A stretch of 32,000 nucleotides of DNA, from positions 1,770,001 to 1,802,000 of the forward strand of contig NC_006576.1 in the NCBI RefSeq assembly GCF_000010065.1, given 5' to 3'. The stretch's first letter is position 1, and each line of letters opens with the position of its first letter. The notes below the pieces were generated by a model that was not told the DNA's origin, did not search any database, and saw only the letters and a list, made by a program, of their open reading frames with translations. Positions 1-8,426 of this stretch are shown in pieces. The stretch is from Synechococcus elongatus PCC 6301. GTDB taxonomy: Bacteria > Cyanobacteriota > Cyanobacteriia > Synechococcales > Synechococcaceae. The position numbers and the translations under genes are program-made.

Positions 1-198
1 GCCTTTACGAGCGCGACTTCGAGCACCCGTTGTCTTCCTCGGAACCGCGATCGCGGTCGAAGCTGTCTATGATCGAAAAGTGATCTTTAACCTCTTCTTC
101 CAAATCTGAGCTGCTAACTTTTGGCAAGCTCAAGAAAAGATGAGAGGCCTGACCACGCAAGGTCCGATACTCTATCGACGGTGCAGGGGGGGAGCACA

Positions 199-450
199 AT
201 GTTGCAGGATACAGATACCGTTCGCCACTATCAGCGGCTGACCGACGCCATGGTGCAATTGTGGGAGCGTGGTTATCGGCCTGATGACATTCGCCTCTAC
301 ATCGAAGGCTACTTGGCCGCCCTGCGCCAAAACGGCAGCATTGAAGCCTTTTGGCTGCACCGCCTCGAAGAGCAGGTGATTCGTTTCCTTTACGATCCCT
401 CCAACTTTGAGGTCTATCCCTACCCGCAAGCCCAACGCGATCGCTACTAA
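199..450 (+). CDS. Small conserved hypothetical protein (83 aa), cyanobacterial type
   Basis: ATG at 199 sits 5 nt downstream of a G-rich SD-like run (GGGGGGGAG, 186-194). The ORF track's longer form starts at a TTG at 121 and has an implausible N-terminus. The sequence from MLQDTDTVRHYQRL onward looks like a real folded protein. I recognise no catalytic motif. Confidence 0.55.
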   Translation: MLQDTDTVRHYQRLTDAMVQLWERGYRPDDIRLYIEGYLAALRQNGSIEAFWLHRLEEQVIRFLYDPSNFEVYPYPQAQRDRY

Positions 451-618
451 ATTCAGCTGCGCTGATCGACACGAATGTTGCCCATCTTCTAGAGCTGGCT
501 TGAAGGCGGAAACAGTGCCTATTGCTATTCAGCTCGTGGGGGTCAGTCTTTGGTCACTGCTGCATCGGGACGAATTCCTATCGATAATGCAAGGGCAGGG
601 TCTGGATTTAGGTTGCGC

Positions 619-1317
619 ATGGATCGACAGCAACAGCTTCGTCGCCTTCAGGGAGGTCTGATTGTTTCCTGTCAGGCACCTGCGGATTCTCCCCTGCATC
701 AGCCAGAGATCATTGCCGCGATCGCAGTCGCAGCAGTTCAGCGTGGAGCTGTGGGCATTCGCTTGGATACGCCTGAACATGTGCGTGCCGTGCGCGATCG
801 CCTACCGGAAACACCAATTATTGGCCTCTGGAAACGTACCTTTCCCGATAGCTCGGTCTACATTACGCCCCGCTACGTCGAAGCAGAAGCGATCGCGGCG
901 GCCGGAGCCGACATTGTTGCCTTGGATTGCACCCTGCGCCCCCGCCCGGATGGCGAGGATTTTTGCCAAATCATTCCGCGCCTTCAGCAAGAACTCGGCT
1001 GTGCCGTGATGGCCGACATCGACACTCTAGAAGCAGCGATCGCGGCTGCCAAGGCAGGAGCTGATTTAGTCGGAACCACGCTCTACGGCTACACGGAAGC
1101 TACTCAGGGGCAAACCCCGCCGGGCTGGGATCTGTTAGAGACCGCCGCTCAACAATTGCCCAATACACCCGTGATCTGCGAAGGGGGAATTGCCAGTGCT
1201 CAAGCTGCCCGCCAAGCCTGCGATCGCGGCGCGTTTGCGGTTGTTGTCGGAACGGCGATTACAGGCATTGATCTGCAGGTCCAAGCCTACGTGACAGCTC
1301 TCAATGCAAGGCCCTAG
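619..1317 (+). CDS. nanE: Putative N-acetylmannosamine-6-phosphate 2-epimerase (NanE family, TIM barrel)
   Basis: Starts at the internal ATG at 619 (MDRQQQLRRLQGGLIVSCQA...). NanE-like signatures include GGLIVSCQA, GAVGIRL, IIGLWKR, DIVALDCT, ADLVGTTLYGYT, ICEGGI and VVVGTAIT. Confidence 0.78.
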   Translation: MDRQQQLRRLQGGLIVSCQAPADSPLHQPEIIAAIAVAAVQRGAVGIRLDTPEHVRAVRDRLPETPIIGLWKRTFPDSSVYITPRYVEAEAIAAAGADIVALDCTLRPRPDGEDFCQIIPRLQQELGCAVMADIDTLEAAIAAAKAGADLVGTTLYGYTEATQGQTPPGWDLLETAAQQLPNTPVICEGGIASAQAARQACDRGAFAVVVGTAITGIDLQVQAYVTALNARP

Positions 1318-1413
1318 ATTGTCACTCAGATTATCTTCAAGGGGGACCCCCCCGCGCTAGGATGCTTTAGCCCTTGGTTGTTGGGCAAGCTTTTTCGGTA
1401 AGAGGATCCGTCG

Positions 1414-3959
<2,546 letters not shown>

Positions 3960-3998
3960 ATACTCCTCTGAGTGAGCCCTCCTGCCTGCAAGCTGAAG

Positions 3999-4020
3999 TG
4001 AACAGTCTTGGCACTGTTCA
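3999..4020 (+). terminator. Stem-loop after the kinase gene (TGAACAG-8 nt-CTGTTCA)
   Basis: Perfect 7-bp stem 40 nt after the stop codon. There is no U-tract, so terminator function is uncertain. Confidence 0.3.
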
Positions 4021-4047
4021 GCCAAATTGAAGAGGCGATCGCGGCGC

Positions 4048-5481
4048 ATGAATCAGAAGCTGAGTCGGTACCCTAAATCCTCTTGGGCTTATGTGGTGAT
4101 CGCTTGTCCGATCGCGATCGCGCTAATTTTCAGCAGCCCTGTCAAAGCGAAGCTACCGCTGGGCGATCGCCTGACCTGGGGAAATGCCGTCACAGAAACT
4201 AGCCCTGCTTACCGACAGGCACTCAACCAAGCGAAGACCTTTCGGATGCCGGCTGAATTTGAACCGATCACCTCAATTTGGATGGCCTATCCAACCTACG
4301 AAAACCAGGCGGGTTATCCTTCTCAGACTGTTCAGAAGGCGATGGTAAAAGCGATCGCACCAACAGTCAAAATTGACTTTCTTCTGAATGAACCTGAAGA
4401 AAAAGTGATCATCAATGGTTGGCTCAAAACCGCAGGGATTCCAGCTAGTCAAGTCCGCTATCATTTGGTTCCCCATGAGGATCTCTGGATTCGAGATATG
4501 GGGCCAATCTTTGCGGTAAATGCTGATCAAACTCAAGTCGTTGATTTTGGTTTTAATGCTTGGAGTTATCTCGCAGCAACTGATCCAGCAGCAATGACAG
4601 ATGAACAGGTTGATCGCAAGGTCGCTGGTGATCTTGATCTTCCTATCTTGCGATCGAGCTTGATTAGTGAGGGTGGTAATCGGGAATTTAATGGTAAAGG
4701 CACATTGATGCTGACCGAAGCCGTTGAGCTACAGCGCAATCCAGGACTAACTAAGGAGAAGATTGAAACTGAACTCAAACGAGTCTTCAATCTCAAGAAA
4801 GTGATTTGGCTTCAGGAAGGTGTAATTGACGATGAACTGTCTTATCGTGGCAAGTTGCCAGATGGGAGCCTGACAGTGCTTGCAACGGGTGGTCATATTG
4901 ATGAGTATGCGCGGTTTGTTGATTCAAATACAATTTTATTGGCGGAAGTGACCGCAGAAGAAAGAGCTTCCGATCCGCTAGCAGCTATTAATTATCAACG
5001 GCTCGAGGAGAACTTAAAAATTCTGCAGGCTGCGACCGATCAGGATGGCAAGCCCTTCCGAATTGTTCGGATTCCTGCAGCTAAACCCATTTACGTGAAC
5101 ATGACTAAAGAGGATGCTGTCTTTCAAGCTCTGCAAGAACTCACCTTTGAAGATGGAACAGTCATTCAAGATGACGATCAGATCAAAACAATTTTGGCGG
5201 CTAGCTATCTCAACTTTGTGATCGCCAATGATGTTGTGATTGTCCCAAGATACTGGCAGCCCGATCGCAATTTGGAATATCAGCAAAAAGACCAAGCTGC
5301 CTTAGCTGCTTTTCAGTCGGTATTCCCCAACAAAAAGATCGTGGCGATCAATCCGGAAAATATCAATGCTGGGGGTGGGGGTATGCATTGCATCGTTCAG
5401 CAGCAAGCCGTGGTGGATGCAGTAGCTCGATCCCTCAGCACTGGGGCTGGCGATCGATCCAAGAGTAGAAGCAACCTATAA
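4048..5481 (+). CDS. Exported agmatine deiminase / Porphyromonas-type peptidyl-arginine deiminase family protein
   Basis: ATG at 4048 is preferred over TTG at 4027, with GAAGAGG upstream. The N-terminus has a signal-peptide-like segment (SSWAYVVIACPIAIALIFSSPVKA). Family motifs: MPAEFEP..IWMAYP, WIRDMGPIF, EGGNREFNGKGT, and the catalytic-Cys motif GGGGMHCIVQQQ. Confidence 0.8.
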   Translation: MNQKLSRYPKSSWAYVVIACPIAIALIFSSPVKAKLPLGDRLTWGNAVTETSPAYRQALNQAKTFRMPAEFEPITSIWMAYPTYENQAGYPSQTVQKAMVKAIAPTVKIDFLLNEPEEKVIINGWLKTAGIPASQVRYHLVPHEDLWIRDMGPIFAVNADQTQVVDFGFNAWSYLAATDPAAMTDEQVDRKVAGDLDLPILRSSLISEGGNREFNGKGTLMLTEAVELQRNPGLTKEKIETELKRVFNLKKVIWLQEGVIDDELSYRGKLPDGSLTVLATGGHIDEYARFVDSNTILLAEVTAEERASDPLAAINYQRLEENLKILQAATDQDGKPFRIVRIPAAKPIYVNMTKEDAVFQALQELTFEDGTVIQDDDQIKTILAASYLNFVIANDVVIVPRYWQPDRNLEYQQKDQAALAAFQSVFPNKKIVAINPENINAGGGGMHCIVQQQAVVDAVARSLSTGAGDRSKSRSNL

Positions 5482-5603
5482 GAACGCCCATCTAGCCCTC
5501 AGAAGCTTAAGCCGCAACAAGCTTTCGTCATAAACCTTACTCAATATGGGAAGATGACAGGCAGATATTGTGCTTTTTAGTCCCAGCGAAGCTGGATCTG
5601 TCA

Positions 5604-6878
5604 ATGAACCTAAACCTCAGCACTCCGAGTGACGTTATTGTGGCTGAGGCTCTCAAGCGCTTCTCTAAACGAGAACTAGCTAAGCACCTCGGGAAAGATC
5701 CCCGTATCATCACTGCTTTTCAGAGAGACGGAGTGGATGAGACTTACAAAATGGCTCTGCTTTACCTTCTGCAGAGCAACACTCCTCGTCCTAATCAAGG
5801 TAAAAAGCATGACTTTACTTTCATAGATCTGTTTGCTGGTATTGGCGGAACTCGGATGGGTTTCGAACGTGCCGGTGGAAAATGTGTATTCACGTCAGAG
5901 TGGGATACCTCTGCCCAAAAAACCTATCGAGCTAATTTCTCAGTTGATGAGCATCCCATCATCGGTGATATTCACGAGATTACAGTCGAAGGAAAATGGG
6001 ATCTCTTACCAGAGCATGACGTTCTTGTAGCTGGATTCCCTTGTCAGCCGTTTTCTATCGCCGGTGTCAGCAAGAAAAACTCGCTTGGAAGGGCTCATGG
6101 CTTTGCATGTGATGCTCAAGGCACACTCTTTTTTGATATCGCAACCATTATTGAAAGAAGACGACCCAAGGCCTTTTTGTTAGAAAATGTCAAAAACCTA
6201 ATGAGTCATGACAAGGGAAACACTTTTCGTGTTATCAAGAATGTTCTTGAGGATGAGCTTGGCTATAAGATTTACCCAAAAATAATTGATGCAAAAGGGT
6301 TTGTCCCTCAACATAGAGAACGTATCTATATTGTTGGCTTCCGAGAAGAGGTTGGCTTCAACTGGGATTCTTTCTCGCAGCCGCCTACTGATACAAAATG
6401 CATGGCCGACATCCTTCATCCTAATGATGGCAGCGAGGAAGTTGAGGAACCTTATACAGTTGGGATAGAGGCTAAAGTTAATGACAAATATACCCTAAGC
6501 GATAAGCTCTGGAATTACTTGCAAAACTATGCGAATAAACATCGAGCGGCTGGCAACGGCTTTGGTTTTGGTCTTGTCAACAAGGACAGTATTGCCCGGA
6601 CTCTTTCTGCTAGGTACTACAAGGATGGATCTGAGATCTTGGTTGATCAAGGCAAGGATAAGAATCCGCGACGCCTAACCCCTCGAGAATGCGCCCGTTT
6701 AATGGGCTTTGATAGTTCTGAGCATAAGTTCAACATCGTTGTTGCTGACACACCAGCCTACAAACAATTTGGAAACTCAGTTGTAGTACCGGTCATTACT
6801 GAAATTGCTCACACCATGAAGCCGAGCATAATACAACTAAAGGAGAGATATATTCGGCAAATTTCATTAGCCATCTAA
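5604..6878 (+). CDS. DNA (cytosine-5)-methyltransferase, Dcm/EcoRII-SsoII family, with N-terminal HTH-like extension
   Basis: All the m5C methyltransferase motifs are present: I FIDLFAGIGG, IV GFPCQPFS, VI ENVKNL, VIII QHRERIYIVGF, IX RRLTPRECARLMGF, X QFGNSVVVPV. The stretches GVSKKNSLGRAHGFACDAQGTLFFD and RTLSARYYKDGSEIL closely match E. coli Dcm as I recall it. ATG at 5604 is preferred over TTG at 5568. Confidence 0.95.
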   Translation: MNLNLSTPSDVIVAEALKRFSKRELAKHLGKDPRIITAFQRDGVDETYKMALLYLLQSNTPRPNQGKKHDFTFIDLFAGIGGTRMGFERAGGKCVFTSEWDTSAQKTYRANFSVDEHPIIGDIHEITVEGKWDLLPEHDVLVAGFPCQPFSIAGVSKKNSLGRAHGFACDAQGTLFFDIATIIERRRPKAFLLENVKNLMSHDKGNTFRVIKNVLEDELGYKIYPKIIDAKGFVPQHRERIYIVGFREEVGFNWDSFSQPPTDTKCMADILHPNDGSEEVEEPYTVGIEAKVNDKYTLSDKLWNYLQNYANKHRAAGNGFGFGLVNKDSIARTLSARYYKDGSEILVDQGKDKNPRRLTPRECARLMGFDSSEHKFNIVVADTPAYKQFGNSVVVPVITEIAHTMKPSIIQLKERYIRQISLAI

Positions 6879-7074
6879 AAGCTTGATTGTTTATGGCGTT
6901 TTGATATCTGTTGAGCCAAATACTACCATTCAGTTAGTGCGAAAGCATTTTACTGTATACAGACTTGAAAGCTATGTAAAGAAAGTGCCAAAATAAGCCC
7001 AGCAACAATCTAAACGAAATACAAATAACTTCATTGAATAATCATGACCAAAAAGCTTTTGGCAATTTAAACCT

Positions 7075-8163
7075 CTAATTCTCATGACGTTGTAGGTACC
7101 TAGGTAGATTTCCACTGCGAGAGAAGTTACACATGTCGTCAATGAATCTAGATAAAGGACGATAAAGCATATCTTGCCTCCGTGTTGTCTGTATTATGCT
7201 GTTAGCAGATAATGCTTCATAAGTTACATCTGGCATGTATATTGCCAGCGGACCAGCTGCTAGAAGTGTCTGTGTTCGATCTGGATTAAACTCATCGGGA
7301 TCCAAGAAAAAGCCGACTGCAACCTTATCTGGATGGGGAATGTCCTGAATACCTCTTAGCAGTCTTTCTCGAGCCGCATAACTTTTCACTTCGCAGTAAA
7401 GAATTTTTGTAGAATTTTGTGCTCGACATTCTACTTGGAGGTCACCTTCACTGTTATTTCCTGTCTTTTTGAAATTCTGACCCAGAACCATCCCAGCGTT
7501 TTCTAGACCGCGAATGAGTATTTTTTCGTTTATCCCTCCAGCTCTGGAGATAATGCCATTGTCAGACTCATGTACAAAGTCGACATAATTCTCGTAGAGG
7601 GAATTGATTAGTTGATTTTTGGAAACCCTAATCGTTTGCCCATCTTCTTCAAGATAACTCTGAAGAAGCCCCTCGATAAACTTATAGTGCTTCGGCTTCG
7701 TAATAGCATCTATAGTCCGCTTACAATGAGCATTGATTTCGAATAAGTTTTCTCCGGTCACCAAACCAATTTCTGTCTCTGCCAAAGCAACGACTGTCTC
7801 TGCTTTAGGATAAAAGCCAATTATCCTAGGAATATCATTAGGATATTGGTGAAGGTGTTCTCTTAGATAATTATCAACTGTTCCAGGCGTTACCTTGAAG
7901 AGGTTATAGATATCCTCGACATCTATTGCTCCAATATTTTCCGCTAAAAAGCTAGAAATTTCCTCAGAATAATTAACTGGATATACTCCAGTCACTTTGG
8001 CTTTTGCATTCGGATTCGCATCGAGATAGTTCTTTAGATGCTTCCTTACTGTTCCTTGGCTGACATTAAAAAGTTCATAGATATCCTTAGCATGAACAGG
8101 TTCATCATGTGTTCTTAGAAACGTGGCAATTTTTTGTGCATAGTCATAACGAGTTCTAGACAT
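7075..8163 (-). CDS. Putative restriction endonuclease: two tandem HTH-like modules plus a C-terminal PD-(D/E)xK nuclease core
   Basis: Convergent with the methyltransferase gene across a 196-bp AT-rich spacer. Candidate catalytic motif is E199/D241 ... E258-V-K260 (SEGDLQVECRAQNSTKILYCEVKS). Residues ~13-66 and ~68-122 are a clear internal duplication (DIYxLFxVxxGTVxxxLxxxLxxxPN...GxYP). The ORF itself is solid. The nuclease function is an inference. Confidence 0.6.
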   Translation of the reverse strand: MSRTRYDYAQKIATFLRTHDEPVHAKDIYELFNVSQGTVRKHLKNYLDANPNAKAKVTGVYPVNYSEEISSFLAENIGAIDVEDIYNLFKVTPGTVDNYLREHLHQYPNDIPRIIGFYPKAETVVALAETEIGLVTGENLFEINAHCKRTIDAITKPKHYKFIEGLLQSYLEEDGQTIRVSKNQLINSLYENYVDFVHESDNGIISRAGGINEKILIRGLENAGMVLGQNFKKTGNNSEGDLQVECRAQNSTKILYCEVKSYAARERLLRGIQDIPHPDKVAVGFFLDPDEFNPDRTQTLLAAGPLAIYMPDVTYEALSANSIIQTTRRQDMLYRPLSRFIDDMCNFSRSGNLPRYLQRHEN

Positions 8164-8302
8164 ATCTGAGCATTAAAACGTTTGGAAGAGTCTAGGCGCC
8201 AAAAACGGACTTGTCAATGGCTAAGCTAGAACTATTTGAATAGATATCGATTGTCCACTTCACACAACACGAAAGTGCTTGTGGCTTTATCCAATTTAAG
8301 AA

Positions 8303-8389
8303 CGGAGAGGGTGGGATTCGAACCCACGTCGGCTGTTACCCCGAACCTCATTTCGAGTGAGGCGCATTCGACCACTCTGCCACCTCTCC
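8303..8389 (-). tRNA. tRNA-Ser (anticodon CGA), 87 nt, CCA not encoded
   Basis: I folded the reverse complement by hand. It gives acceptor GGAGAGG/CCTCTCC, a 3-bp D stem GCA/TGC, an anticodon stem CCTCA/TGAGG with loop CTCGAAA, a long variable arm (class II), a T arm GTGGG-TTCGAAT-CCCAC, and discriminator G. Confidence 0.93.
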
Positions 8390-8426
8390 AGGTGCTTAGC
8401 CATCTTACAACCGAACCCCCTCAGAA

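Larger units (their letters stand above)
5482..8302. other. Low-GC, HIP1-free genomic islet adjacent to the 3' end of tRNA-Ser (putative horizontally acquired R-M/defence module)
   Basis: I found no GCGATCGC between 4359 and 8454, against roughly one per 450 bp elsewhere. Hand-counted GC on sample lines is about 42% in the methyltransferase gene and about 37-38% in the nuclease gene, compared with 55-62% in flanking genes. The right edge abuts the tRNA 3' end. No integrase or att repeat was found. Confidence 0.65.

Noticed and set aside
5-472. 155-aa minus-strand ORF at the left edge
   Set aside because: It lies antisense to the better-supported small CDS at 199-450. The product is Arg/Ser/Gly/Ala-rich and low in complexity, which is typical of shadow ORFs in GC-rich DNA. 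No start context or motif supports it. A short genuine gene end at 5-120 cannot be excluded, but I cannot support it.
1318-1413. Possible SAM riboswitch or leader upstream of metK
   Set aside because: Only a trivial G5/C7 run (AAGGGGGACCCCCCC) is present, with too small a loop. I could not recognise a conserved SAM-riboswitch core.
6879-7074. Small controller (C-protein) gene or sRNA in the AT-rich spacer between the methyltransferase and nuclease genes
   Set aside because: The only ATG-initiated ORFs there are 1-8 codons long. Only weak A/T-rich palindromes are present (CTGTATACAG at ~6953 and CCAAAAAGCTTTTGG at ~7049), and these are best read as weak bidirectional terminators.
3960-8302. 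Search for att-type direct repeats (a copy of the tRNA-Ser 3' end) and for integrase/transposase remnants bounding the islet
   Set aside because: I found no second copy of the GGATTCGAACCC-type tRNA 3' segment near 3960-4030 or 5482-5603. No ORF resembles a recombinase. I therefore do not call this a mobile element, only a compositionally foreign islet.
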